A stretch of 64,000 bases of DNA from Octopus vulgaris (lineage: Eukaryota). A program made the position numbers and the translations under genes. The notes beneath the pieces were generated by a model. The model made no database searches and was not told the origin of the DNA. It saw nothing but the letters and a program-made list of their open reading frames with translations. Where the stretch lies: the NCBI GenBank assembly GCA_951406725.2, contig OX597833.1:56110001-56174000 (forward strand), given 5' to 3'. Shown here piece by piece: positions 38,090 to 53,103 of the stretch; the first letter of the stretch is position 1; each line of letters starts with the position of its first letter.

Positions 38090-38730
38090 AATAAACATGT
38101 CTCGCTTGGGAATTTCGAGACCAAATTAGGCAGTGACAGTTAACACTGAGAACAAGGGATGGGGGTCTTCATGGCATCGGAGGAACTAATAGGATTAGAA
38201 TGCCAGTTCTTTGTGGATCATTTTCGACAAGTTGATTTGCCCCATTCTAACAGACCTAAATCAACTGTCTTTTTCAAAATGGATTGATTGGATCAATGCT
38301 CACAAACAGTGAACCACCTGTCCTTTTTGATATTTCTTATCGAGTGAAGCAAAATTGCATTCTTACCTCAGTTCTGTTCTTCAGCCACATCCTGAGATCT
38401 TTACTATAGTATCAACTTCAGGTACCAAATGAATGGAATCTCTCTTTGACCTGTGATGACTAAATTCCAGGATACAGAACATAGGAGTTGTTTATCTTCA
38501 ATACTCTCACTACACATGACTGCACATTCAAGATACCCATGGTACCAAACCAGTAGATCATTATAACCATATTCATAGAAACAGCAAAATTGTTTGGACT
38601 TATAATTAGCCTCAGCATGACAGGCATTCTCTACCAGCAAGTTCCAGACACTGAAACCACAGTTAAATTTAAACACATTCAAAACATGCCACTGAAAATA
38701 GCAAACTCTTCCAAATGCCTATTTGATAAA
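38090..38730 (+). mobile_element. degraded RTE-clade LINE (endonuclease and RT fragments)
   Basis: LGNFETKLGSD, FDISYRVKQNCILTSVLF (GVKQGCVLxPxLF-like) and FIETAKLFGLIISLSMTGILYQ. Confidence 0.65.
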
Positions 38731-39060
38731 AGCTGTCACAGTAGAGAAGATGCGAGAGAGAAGGCTCTCACAGAGACTTTTATGGAACATGTGCTGCTGT
38801 CCCCAACGTGTGTATGTGTGTCACATATAGATTGGAATAACACTTAAACACATCAAAAATTGTAACTGCATAAATTGTCTTTATCATTTGCAACAGGCCA
38901 ATTATACATGCGTTTCATTCTGTGCAATATATAAAATATATCTTCTATTGCAAAACAAGATTGCATTTTAGCTTTATTTAAAAAACATTTTTGAATAAGT
39001 TCCTTGCATTTATTTATTTAATTTTTTTAATAGTAAAGTTTCTAAATCCAGCAACAACAT

Positions 39061-39298
39061 TTCTTATTTCTTTATTGCCCATAAGGGGCTAAATACAGAG
39101 GGGATAAATAAGGACAGACAGAGGGGTTAAGTTGATTACATCGACCCCAGGGCGTAACTGGTACTTAATTCATTGACCCCGAAAGGATGAAAGGCAAAGT
39201 CAACCTCGGCGGAATTTGAACTCAGAATGTAACGGCAGACGAAATACCACTAAGCATTTCGCCCAGCATGCTAACGTTTCTGTCAGTGCGCCGTCTTA
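39061..39298 (-). mobile_element. SINE family D
   Basis: Full copy; AACAACATTTCT on both sides looks like a TSD. Confidence 0.85.
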
Positions 39299-40032
39299 AC
39301 AACATTTCTAGCCTTTCACAGTCTCATCTTCAAGATGAAGTAATGTTGGCATATGTGACTGGTTATGTTGCTGCTTCTTTATAATACACAGAACCATTCT
39401 GATTTGGTGTAGACATTGCTGACTAACTTTGAATTTTAACTGTTGGACTTATGTATCATCAATCAGATGTTCGTTTATGTTTATGGCTAATGTATACTGC
39501 ATGTATATTTATTTTAGCGCTGTGCTGTGTGATGAGTTATGCTTCCACCACTAATTGTATATATTTGTAAAGTGAAAGTGAAAATTGTGATGGTTAATAT
39601 CTACATCAATCATTTTGATCCCACTTACTATTACGAGGTAGCAACGCATTGCAACATCATCTTTGTCTTGAAGGCATAAAACCTATTCGGATTTACAAAT
39701 GGAATTGAAAATTTTACTGTTCCAAATCACAGCATGGAACTCATATAAACGTTATGAAGAAAATTTTGATAATGAAAGATAAAACATTAACACAGTTGTG
39801 CTTTTAATACAGGTCTCAAAGAGCACTGCTCACCAGACATGCAACTATGTGTGTGTGTGTCTGTATGTACAGAGAAAGAGAAAGATGGACAGAAAGACAG
39901 ATAAACAGTCACACAGAGAGAAGTGGTCACCTTTAGGAGACATTGTTAGTTTCGACTTCATTCATTAGGGAGCATGAATAGAAGGAGGGGTTTTGTTTCG
40001 GACTACATATTTATACATCCTGGCACTTTTAA

Positions 40033-40070
<38 letters not shown>

Positions 40071-40378
40071 GTTGCCTGTGTGTATGCATATGTATGTATG
40101 TACAAATATATGATGGACTCTCCCAGCGAAGATGACGTAAGAGTGTTCAGTTTTTTTGCCGACCAACCTGCACAAATGATTTGTTTCTAGTGATCAAATG
40201 TATGTGTTGTAGATTAATTCACACCTTTCATTAAATTGACATTATCTGAACAGGTGTACTGTATACTACACTTCAGGTGTCAAAGTAATCACAGAGCAAC
40301 ATGAGATGAAGTGTTTTGCTCAAGAACACAAAGCATCAACTGGTCTAGGAAATGAAACCAAAAATATCAGCGCATAAT

Positions 40379-40430
<52 letters not shown>

Positions 40431-40434
<4 letters not shown>

Positions 40435-40735
40435 CGTGATCATCGTGACAGACCAGGCTATCAGATGTTGCTACACATCGCTGGTCACAATGCACTTCGC
40501 ATTGTTTTAGCCTTCAAATGACTCTACCCTGCTGGCTAAGCGAGCAGGCCAACAGAAGAAAGAGTGAGAAATTTATGGAGAAAGAGTACAGTAGGGATCG
40601 CCACCACCCACTGCCAGAGCCTTGTAGAGCTTTAGGTATTTACGCTCAATAAACACAACGCCCGGTCTGGGAATCGAGATCGCGATCCTACAACCGCGAG
40701 TCCGCTGCCCTAACCACTGGGCCATTGCACCTCCA
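40431..40735 (-). mobile_element. SINE family B, tail type 1, inserted in (TA)n
   Basis: Matches 26942-27255. Confidence 0.85.
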
Positions 40736-40760
40736 TATATATATATATATATTTATAAAT

Positions 40761-40817
<57 letters not shown>

Positions 40818-41611
40818 TGCATGTACCTGCATATATTTGTGTGTGTGAGTGTATATTTTATATCTTTTCCTTGTTTCAATCATTGGACTGTGGCCATGCT
40901 GGGGCACCACCTTGAAGAGCATCGTTGAACAAATTAACCCCAGTACTTATTCTACTGGTCTCTTTTCACAAACCACTAAGTTAGGGGATTTAACAAAGCA
41001 AGACTGGTTGTAAGCAATAATGAGGGGGCAAAAACAAGAACACAGCGACACACAGACGCATACACAAAATGGGCTTCCACACAGTATCCGCCTACCAAAT
41101 TTACTCACAAGGCATTGTGAAAAATTTTTTTCTATTATATTAAAACAGGACAAAGATGTAAAACCATTATTTTTCCTTGTTCTTTCAAAGCATTTCAATG
41201 TGAAATTTATTTAATTATGAACAACATAAAAAAGAAATATAAAAAAAATTACAATCTGCTGTTGATGTCTCTTTGGTTTAAATTGCACAAAAGATTATTA
41301 AATTGTTGAATGGAAAATTTTCCCCAAGAACAGAGAGCTTAATAAAAAAATAAATAAACTAAAATATAATATCGGGTATATGTGTGTGCGATTATACCTG
41401 TTGATGTGTAATATGTATGTATGAAAGTGGTGTTGACAGGAAAATACAAAATACATATGTGTTTATAAAGAAACAAACCTTAGGCATTGTATACATACTT
41501 TGAAGTTAATCCCTTGCAAACAATATAATACAGAGTTGCATACAATATTACATGCGTTGTGTGTATGTAAATATATATGTGTGTGTGTGTATACAGACAT
41601 ACATACATACT

Positions 41612-41648
<37 letters not shown>

Positions 41649-41893
41649 ATATATATATACACACACATATATATATACACATATATATATACATATATAT
41701 ACATACATATATACACACACATATATATATACATACATATATATATACATATATATAAACATTATACATATATATATATATATATATACATATATATAAA
41801 CATTATACATATATATATATGTATGCCTCTATATGTGTATGTGCATATATTTATATATGTGTGTATATATGCATGCATCTATATGTGTATGTG

Positions 41894-41931
<38 letters not shown>

Positions 41932-42060
41932 TAGATTTACGTGTGTGTATATATATTTATATATCTATATCTATGTATCTAGTTGTCCAAAAAGTTTACG
42001 ATATGCCAGAAAAATACGTACTTGTATATTAGGTGTAAGAGTGAGGATATTTATAAAATA

Positions 42061-42307
42061 TTATGAATTGTCTCATAGCAGCCCATTTTATATTACAGAA
42101 CAGTTTCATACTGAAGAAGCTTCCAAATGATGAAAGGTAAACCTAACAATCATCGGACATGGTTAAATGAAAAAGTATAGCCTCAAGCTATAATTTTCCA
42201 TTCAGCTATATCTGATGATTGTTAATTTCCCTGTCCACAACTGGAACTTTCTTCAGCATGAAACTCTTAGGTAATATAAAGTAGCTGTTATGAAACTGAA
42301 TTCATAA
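42061..42307. repeat. diverged ~120-bp-arm inverted repeat carrying two hammerhead-like motifs with long stem II
   Basis: Plus 42207-42278: TATAT-CTGATGA-tTGTT...AGCAt-GAAA-CTCTTAGG-TA-ATATA. Minus 42090-42160: ATGT-CCGATGA-tTGTT...AGTAt-GAAA-CTGTTCTG-TA-ATAT. Confidence 0.6.
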
Positions 42308-42335
42308 TATTATATTGATATCATATAAATAATTT

Positions 42336-42402
<67 letters not shown>

Positions 42403-42767
42403 GGTCCAAACTTTGAATTTCAGATCTTAGAGTCATGAAAGATGAGATTTTAGCCATAATAGATATAAACTTTGATACTCTACCTTCAGTAACAAGTATT
42501 CTAATTTGTCTTGCTTGTCTACACAGAATCTAAGTATCCATGTGTCTGAGTATATTATATGTACCTATGTAAATGCATGTCCATATGACTATATTTACAT
42601 ATGTGAGTATGTGTGTGTGTATGTGTGTATACATATGTATGTGTCTATATATATATAGATATACACACACATACATACATATATATATATATACACACAC
42701 ATACACACATATATGCATCTATATGCACACATATATACATATATATATACATACACACATCCATATG

Positions 42768-42799
<32 letters not shown>

Positions 42800-42891
42800 C
42801 ATATACATGTACATATGTGCATGTATGTGTGCACAACAAATACATGTGTGTCTCTGATTAGGTATGTATATTTCTGTGTATATACTAACAA

Positions 42892-42935
<44 letters not shown>

Positions 42936-43111
42936 ACACATTGTGCTGTTGGTTTTTGAATGTTGATAGAAGTAAGAAACAGTAAATTGTAACTACTGTA
43001 TAATTGTGATGGGTTTCTATTAATGTTCATGTACCTTTATAGAAATTGTTGGACTGAGCGGATAGATTGGTAGAAGGTAGTGGGGGTGAGAGAGACAGAA
43101 AGACAGAGAGG

Positions 43112-43151
<40 letters not shown>

Positions 43152-43286
43152 GATATATAACAGGGTTGCACTGAGATATCAGTTAGCATATAGATTATTT
43201 GATTAGATGTATAGAGAAAGACAGATTGATTGTATGATAAGGAGTGAGAGAGAGACAGATATAGATAGAGTATGTATGTATGTGTG

Positions 43287-43326
<40 letters not shown>

Positions 43327-43471
43327 TTATAAGAGATAATGGTGTCATTGAGACCCAAAGGTGTCAGGTAATGCTGAATAAGTGCTATAGACAGACCATA
43401 GTTAAGTTCCAGATTCGGTAATATTGTGAATAAAGGGTTCAACATTGGTTCTATGTCAGCGTGTGTATACA

Positions 43472-43620
43472 AAATTTTTTTGCGTAATAAGATAAAAAAA
43501 CCAAGGCTTATAGATATTAGAGCATTTATTGATAGAAGGTCTATCTATAAATTACCTTCTATCTATAAATGCTCTAATATCTACACAGCCTTGGTTTTTT
43601 ATCTTATTACGCAAAAATTT
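43472..43620. repeat. ~70-bp-arm inverted repeat, same family as 15597-15878 but truncated before the hammerhead
   Basis: TTTTGCGTAATAAGATAAAAAAACCAAGGCT...GATAGAAGGT is mirrored; the upstream 43325-43470 resembles 15443-15590. Confidence 0.85.
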
Positions 43621-43668
43621 CTTATATATATATATATATATATAAAATCACACACACATATATATATG

Positions 43669-43749
<81 letters not shown>

Positions 43750-43801
43750 GTGTGTGTGTGTGTATATATGTGTATATATACATGTATGTGCATATTGTGT
43801 A

Positions 43802-43886
<85 letters not shown>

Positions 43887-45009
43887 TATAATGTATGGAT
43901 ATGCAGAAAAAGAGAGAGAGAGAGAGAGAGAGCAAATGCATGAGAGAAAGAGAGAGAGAGAGCAAATGCATGAGAGAGAGAGGGGGAGAGAGGTAATGAA
44001 GTGGGGAAATGCATGAGAAAGCAACACATAAAACCAAAAATAAAGAATTTAACAAAAGTTCTCTGCTAAACATTTGCTCATAATCTTCAGGCATGAGTTT
44101 GGTGCGTTTAATTAAATTTAACAGCCATAGGTTTGTTTAGGCACAATATTCTCCCTGGTTTTTGAACAAATGTTGATAAAAACAATAATTCCCCCACAAA
44201 AAATAGTTATTAGAAAATATTAAAAATTAAATTTAAAATAAATCTATAATGAAAGGAAAAAAAAAAATCTTTGTACATTTTTCAGTATTTTTTAAAAATT
44301 TATTTAAATTTTATTTTGTTGTTCTGCTTTTTTCTTTTTTTCTTTGTTTAAATAAAATTTTATGTTTTCATGGCAAAATATATAAATGATGTGGAACTAG
44401 GGAAATAGGAAAGGTTAAGTGATGAGTGTATATTCTTTTATACTTCTACTGGTTTTTTTTTTTTTCTTTTTTTCAGTCGTTGGACTGTGGCCATGCTGGG
44501 GCTGTGCATTCATGGTTTTAGCCATCCATGTCCACTCCCAGTACATATTTCAATCTGGTATTGGAAATTTTCAATCGACATTCGGTTACGCTTTCTCACA
44601 CAACACCGATTGCACATTTTTGAGACAAACACCGGTTTTTACATAAACACAGACACAAACATAGACACATACACATATACACATGTACATATACGCATAC
44701 ATGTACATGTATGTATTTTGTGTGTACATGTTACATACACACACATACATACCTACATGCATAGAAAATTACATACACACATACATACATACATACACAA
44801 ATGTACTTATGGTTTACTCATAGTACTAGTTGACCAAATACTGTCCAAAATGCATTGGTCAAGCTGAGATTATAGAAGAAGATACATGCTCAGTGTTGTG
44901 CAGTGCTATCAAACCTGGAACCATGTGACTGCAGAGCAAAAAAGCTTCTCAACCAAATCGATATACCTGTGCTCTTGTATATGTTTGTGTACACACACAC
45001 ACAAAAAAA

Positions 45010-46620
<1,611 letters not shown>

Positions 46621-47798
46621 AGTGTGTGTATATCTTTTCGAAATATTCAAGTATATGTGTGGCTTTTATTTGGTAATGATATGATAGAAAATGTTGAATT
46701 GGTATATAAAATGTGCAAATTAAAGGCTAGTGTTTAAAGCCAGAGGTTTTGAAAAGAAAGAACAATTGGCCAAACTGTTATAAATAAAAAAAAAAAAGAC
46801 CATATTTGTAATGGTGGTGGTGGTGGTGGTGGTGGTGATGATGTTGATGATGGTGATTATGATGGTGATGATCGATGAGATTGCTCTTTATCATGATGTT
46901 GACAACAATGATGTTTTTTTTTTTGACAACAGCAGCAATGACGGCGACAACAACAATGACGGTGGTTGACGATGATGACGATCGATGTACGAAAGGCAAT
47001 TGAACAACAAGAGCTGACTGCGTAGAAGGTGGCTGCAACTAACCAGTAAGCCAGCAGTGAATAACAAGTGGTGGTTATCTAAGAAAAAAAAAACTGTTTT
47101 AGATTCTAAAGCATGGGTGTATGAAGCTAAACCAATCAGAATTTTCCATTTTTTTTTTTTTGAAATTGTTTTTGATATTTGTTTGTGTGTGTGTGTGTAT
47201 GTGTGTGTGTCGATTGGCAAGCTAAGTGAATGAATAAGATGAGAAAGTGAGGAGAGAGAGCGAGAGAGAGTGAAAGAGACAGATAGAGAGAGAGAGAAAT
47301 AAAGAAATATATTAATTCATGTGGGTTTGCTGGCTGTGATACAAGAAATGCTGTAGCAATGTGGTTGCTGGGACCACATAACTTATGGGCCTCGAGAAGC
47401 ACTAAATACTGGGAAAAACATCCGAAATTGCAGGCATTCTCACTATTACCATACAAACTATGGAAGGGGCAGTGCTGTGTGTATCAGACTGCAGATGTCT
47501 TGGAATTTAAAGGGAATTCCTGGTCAGCTGACATATAGACAGCTCAATTGCAGGCACTAATGGGGCAAAAAAATATATAAACAAAAAAAAAATTAAAAAA
47601 CAGTTATACTTTTTTTTACAATTTTCCAGTGTTTCTTTTTTTTTTTTTCTGATCAACAAAATGTTTTTTTTTTCTTTTAATTTTTATTTTGGTATCTCTT
47701 TGTTGTTGTTGTTGTTGTTGGTGGTGGTGGTATTGTTGTTGTATGCTGTTCTTTCCATTTTGGTCACTCGTATTCAATCTCAGTGAGACCTTATTTCC

Positions 47799-48049
47799 GA
47801 CCACAAGCGTTTTAATCTGTGTCCAGCCATCCATGAAGTTTGAGACCACAAACAACATGCGTCTCGGTCCTTTAAGGTAAGGCTAGTAAGCTTTAGCCAC
47901 TAGCCACATTATCAGTAAATTTTATCCACAGACCACAGATTTCTCAGTCTAGTACAAACGGTCAGTAAAATTTGACCACAAATCACGTCTCTCAGTTGGT
48001 TTCAACAGTTCAGTAAAGCATGACCACAGACCACAGACTACAGACCACA
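47799..48049. promoter_or_regulatory. candidate enhancer or UTR element: homotypic GACCACA (RUNX-type) cluster
   Basis: Seven exact GACCACA at 47799, 47844, 47931, 47974, 48022, 48029 and 48043, all in one orientation. Confidence 0.5.
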
Positions 48050-48768
48050 TGTGTGCCAGGTGAGTCAGTGTGCATGTCTCCACTCAGTACCTCCTATCTT
48101 TGCCATGCTGCCATAAAAAGCAGCGGTAGGACAAAGACACGTTTCTTCAACATCGCGAGTGAAGCTATCGACCCATGATAATATGTTAGGGCCATAGAAG
48201 GCCTTATGGCTGTCCAAGTGTTTACTGAATATCAAACACTGGAATGTAATTCTGCATTGAGACTTGGAACCAGAAAGGGGAAAAGAAGTGCAATCTACAG
48301 CCTTAATTTGCATGCAGCCGGTTGGGTTCCAACCAAGCTGTTTTGACAAATTGTCTAGGATAGATCTCACTAAAATTCAGTTTAGAACAACGATATTGAA
48401 TTAGCTTTTTTTCTTCTTCTGGTAATCCAACTCAGTTTTGGAGCAGAATTCAGTGAGTGGGGGTGTTAGTTTTGTGCATTGGGTAGAAACTGCATCAGGA
48501 GAAAATGGTAAATTTCCAAGTCAAAATGAAATCCTGAACGGATTATTCAAACAAATATAATAAATTAAAATTCAAGGGAAAAAACAACAAATAAAGAGCA
48601 AACAAAAGAAAAAAATAAATGAATAAAAAAAAATATAATGAAGAAATAAGAGATAAAATTATCAAAATAAAATTTTTTTTTTTGAAAAAAATTCTTTGAT
48701 TAATTGTAATTTTTGTTTCTGTTCACCCAACCTTCACATGGCGATCAAGTTGAATAAAAAAAATAATA

Positions 48769-48801
<33 letters not shown>

Positions 48802-48818
48802 TGATAATGATAATGATG

Positions 48819-48862
<44 letters not shown>

Positions 48863-49040
48863 CAAAATGGAATTTGAATTTAAAAGGAAAAAATATATAT
48901 ATATATAAAAAATAAAATAATACATAAATAATAATGAAGTAAAATATGATGGGTATATATACTTGTCTCCGAATGATGTTTGGTCTTCTACCAATACATA
49001 AACTTTCCGTTAAACCTTAATTAAATAACTGACTCTTAGT

Positions 49041-49522
49041 TTAACGATATATTGATGTTCTTGCAGAATTTGATGAGGTGGGAGAATCTGTGGATGTCTG
49101 CTGAATACTGCTATAAGGCTGATAAACTGTTGACGATAAAGCAGTCTGTGTATTAGATTGTAATGTTGACAAGTTCAAAGGGGGTATATCTTGGGGCCTA
49201 TAAACTATAAAGGATGTGGGGGGTTGTTTCCGCTTTTTGCGATGGGATCGTACATGTCCGAGTAAGGAAGATTCCGAATCCACCCTACCAAAACTACCCT
49301 GATATGAAGAAGGGAACGAACTGCTGTAATGAGAACTATGTGTTGCTGATATAGCAGAGTAAGTCCTGTCTGTTGGAATTTCCCGCAGAGATTCAACAGA
49401 TTCTGAATGAAAGCTGGTTCCTGGTCCAGAAGCTGGTATCTGTATGGGTGGAACTGACCTAAACATCATAACTGGTGTCAAAGGTAGATCGTAACGACTG
49501 TGACCAGAAGCAACTCTTCGAT
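49041..49522 (-). CDS. ZDHHC1: ZDHHC1/11-type palmitoyltransferase, terminal coding exon
   Basis: Acceptor tctttaatttcag|; 482 nt open to TAA. Contains ASGPGTSFHSESVESLREIP, which resembles (from memory) the GPPxxYHSDSAESMDEIP tail motif of vertebrate ZDHHC1. Confidence 0.8.
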
Positions 49523-49597
49523 CTGAAATTAAAGAAAGGGAAACCGTTATTAAAAACCAAAATAATACACGCACATATCATAAGATGAACACTATTC

Positions 49598-50098
49598 ATC
49601 ATCATCATCATCATCATCATCATTTAACGTCCACTTTCCATGCTAGCATGGGTTGGACGATTTGACTGAGGTCTGGCGAACCAGACTCCAATCTGATCTG
49701 GCAGAGTTTCAACAGCTGGATGCCCTTCCTAACGCCAACCACTCCGAGAGTGTAGTGGGTGCTTTTACGTGCCACTGGCACGAGGGCCAGTTTGGTGGTA
49801 CTGGCAACAGCCATGCCCAGATGGTGCTTTTTATGCGCCACCTGCACAGGCAATGTCATTTAACATCCATTTTCCATGCTGGCATGGGTTGGACAGAGGC
49901 TGGCATGCCAGAGAACTGCACCAAGCTCCACTGTCTGTTTTGGTATGGTTTTTATGGCGTTTTTATGGTGTTTTTTACATTCCACCTGCACAGGAGCCAG
50001 TCCAGCAGCACTGGCAATGACCTCACTCGAATGTTTTTTCACGTGCCAGTAAGGCAACACTGGTAATGATCATGCTCGAATGCTGCTCTTTACGTGAC
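49598..50098 (-). mobile_element. retroposon family E, composite copy
   Basis: Matches 6558-7202, with a second tail fragment inserted at ~49856-49960. Confidence 0.7.
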
Positions 50099-50914
50099 AA
50101 TATTTAGTCATATGCTAATGCTATGTTTAACCTGGATTATAGTTCTCAAAAGTTCTTCATTCGAAGTAACCCACTGTTGCAAGTATTCAGACCAGGTATC
50201 CAGTCCAAAGATAACCAAATACCTTGATACATGAAGGCCTTGCAAAAAAGTTAGAGGTCTCAGACAGTCCTTTCTTCTGAGAGTGAGCTATAAAAAGTGG
50301 TAATTCTTCTCATGTCCAATGAGCTCTTAAGATTCTAGCACAAATTGAAATTGAACTTACCAAAATTAACCAGGCAGAACTGAATTAGAGCAAATGGTGC
50401 CACTTCAACATCAAGAAGTTCATAACTGTGAGGTACCAACCTGAAGAGTTAGTCAAAAACTACTTCATCTTGTTGATTGCAGCTCTGATCTGCATTTTTA
50501 TCTCAAACACAGTCATGAAAGCTGTATGCACAGATAAAGCTTATAAGTTCAGCTCAACTTTACAGCTGATTCTAAATACATAGGACAGCTTCATACACAA
50601 ATAGAGATTATAAGCCAACTTTGATCAAAAAGGGCATGAAAGACTATTCTAGTGATATCACCAGTTGTTGTCGCCCTACACAGACACTTAAAATATTAAA
50701 AAAAGGAACCAGATCTCATCAAATCACACACATAACCATCTTAAAAATAAGGAAGGACACATCGTACAATGATCCTAAATGTATTAAGATGACTGGAATG
50801 TGTTCTGATCAATTAGGGCTGACCTCAGGCTAAATAACAATAATATGAAAGAAGAATGTCGTTTTTGGATTTGGTTTGCAAGATTCTTTTTATGAGTTCG
50901 TGTGTTGAAGCATA

Positions 50915-51202
50915 TTCTGTTGTGTCTGGGGAGAGTCATTTTCTTTTTGTGCCTTATTATGTAACACACTCACCGGTAAAATTTCCACTTTTTTCTTATT
51001 TTTATTTTCCTAAAATTTTCGTTGCATCTTGCAACCTTTTTAATAGACTTGACTCTCAACCTTTTCAAGACTATTAAAAAGGTTGCAAGACGCAACGAAA
51101 ATTTTAGGAAAATAAAAATAAGAAAAAAGTGGAAATTTTACCGGTGAGTGTGTTACATTATAAGGCACAAAACGAAAATGACTCTCCCCAGACACAACAG
51201 AA
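50915..51202. repeat. near-perfect ~130-bp-arm inverted repeat with hammerhead-like motifs (U3-A8 core)
   Basis: Plus 51071-51107: CTA-TTAAAAA-g-GTTGC(AAGAC)GCAAC-GAAA-AT-TT-TAG; mirror at 51010-51046; the spacer holds a partial minus copy reading TTGAAAAGGTTG. Confidence 0.8.
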
Positions 51203-51676
51203 AGAAGAATTAAAAAATTTTTTTTGATCAAAAGATAAGGCTTTAGTTATTTAGGAGATCATCAAACTCTGCTAAACAACTCATAGGTCTCTAATTAAAA
51301 ATATTGATATTTTTTCAGTCAATTTATTGCGTATCAGTTGCTTTTCTCCCATATTTTCTTATAATATTTCCTGGCAACAGTTCCAAATATAAATTGTTAT
51401 TATAACAAATGAACAGATGCCAGTAGCATTTATTGTTCTTAGGGCTCAAATCTATTTAAATGTTCTCTAGCCTACATTGTATTCAGCATCCACCAAACAA
51501 TACATTTTCATTTGATAGCAGAAAAATGAAGTTTTTCAAGAATTTCCACCAGCTGCTTTCATACCTAGTTTACTGGTCAATCTACCATGTAGACATTATT
51601 CAAAAGTGTCTCAATGTAGGAGAGATAAGTATAACACATTAAAACATGGAGCAAGAGATTCAAATTCTAAATATAT

Positions 51677-52040
51677 CATCATCATCATCATCACCGTTTA
51701 ACGTCCGTTTTCCATGCTAGCATGGGTTGGATGGTTCAACTGGGGTCTGGGAAGCCAGAAGGCTGCGCCAGGCCCAGTCTGATCTAGCAGTGTTTCTACA
51801 GCTGGATGCCCTTCCTAACGCCAACCACTCCATGAGTGTAGTAGGTGCTTTTTACGAGCCACCTGCAAAGGTGCCAGACGAGGCTGGCAAACGGCGACGA
51901 TCGGATGGTGCTTTTTATGTGTCACCGGCACGGGGCCAGACGAGGCTGGCAACGGCCACAATCGGATGGTGCATTTTACGTGCCACCGGCACGGAGGCCA
52001 GTCAGGGCAGTGCTGGCAACGGCCACATTCGGATGGTTCT
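51677..52040 (-). mobile_element. retroposon family E
   Basis: (CAT)n then GTTTAACGTCCGTTTTCCATGCTAGCATGGGTTGG and ~50-60-bp internal repeats. Confidence 0.7.
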
Positions 52041-52409
52041 CCGATATATACTATTTATTCCAAAGAGATATTCATATAACAATTTTGGAAATTAGAGCAA
52101 AATAAACTTGGTAGTAAATTTGTATTTATAAGCTAATCAATGGAAATGGGACTGACAAAGTGCCCATGTCTTTTGCATACCCTCCAACATTATTTGGTGG
52201 GTATCCAATAGAGAAGCTCCTGCTCAAGAGCTCAAGAGTTTTGGGGGAGTACAGAAAATTTCCAAAGTTTCAATGAAAACTACTCTCATTCTACAAAAAA
52301 AATCTCTCTTTAAGGTGGGCACAAAACCAAAAACAACAAACTTTTAGCTTATTTTGGTTAAGCCTAGTTGGTCACTAAACTCACCCCATCCTCACCAGCC
52401 TCTACACAC

Positions 52410-52856
52410 ACATCATCATCATCATCATTGTTCGTCCGTGGTCGAGACAATGGAATTTACCATGCTACGCCAGACTTCACGGTCCATTATAGCATTACGG
52501 AGATCCTGTTGCTGGATGCCTGTATCCCTGGAGATTACATCAGGGTAGGAGAGTGTGCACCCTCTGGTGTTGCGAGTAGATGGCTTCCAGAGGAGAAGAG
52601 TAGAAATTGCCTCGTTTTCAGCTCTACAACAGTGTCCAGCAAACTGGACTATCCTACCTTTCACAAGAGATGACACAGGTGGTAGTTTCCTATATATTTG
52701 CATTTTGGTTGAATGATGCTTCCACGAGAGATTTTGAGCTCTCATAAGGAGGCGAGTGTAGGTTCCATCCAAACCACCTCTCAAGCTTCTTTGATAACGT
52801 CCAGGTTTCTGAGCCATATAGTAGAATTGGTTCGACTGTGGCTTTGAAGATTTCAA
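52410..52856 (-). mobile_element. RTE-clade LINE 3' fragment
   Basis: FKATVEPILLYGSETWTLSK-(frameshift)-LDGTYTRLLMRAQNLSWKHH...QFAGHCCR...MDREVWRSMV-stop, then a (TGA)n tail. Confidence 0.85.
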
Positions 52857-53006
52857 GTTTTTTTTGTTTTATCGCCGCTACACACACACACACACACACA
52901 CAGTGTTTGAGACTGGTATGAGCAAAGGCAATAATAAGACAACAATAACGAAATATGTTTACAGCCATCAAAACCAAAAGGAAGATTGATAAGAAATGTT
53001 GTTTAC

Positions 53007-53103
53007 CTCTAGTCATGGCAAAAAGTTCCCGCTCTGTTACTGAATGTGAGATTTTTCGATCTTTCTTTCGTTTCCTTCTCTTTTTCACAGGGTCTTTGTC
53101 AAG
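53007..53103 (-). CDS. ZDHHC1: ZDHHC1/11-type palmitoyltransferase, exon with polybasic stretch
   Basis: Acceptor tctttattag|, donor |gtaaac; 97 nt, phase 0 to 1; LDKDPVKKRRKRKKDRKISHSVTERELFAMTR(D). Confidence 0.8.
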
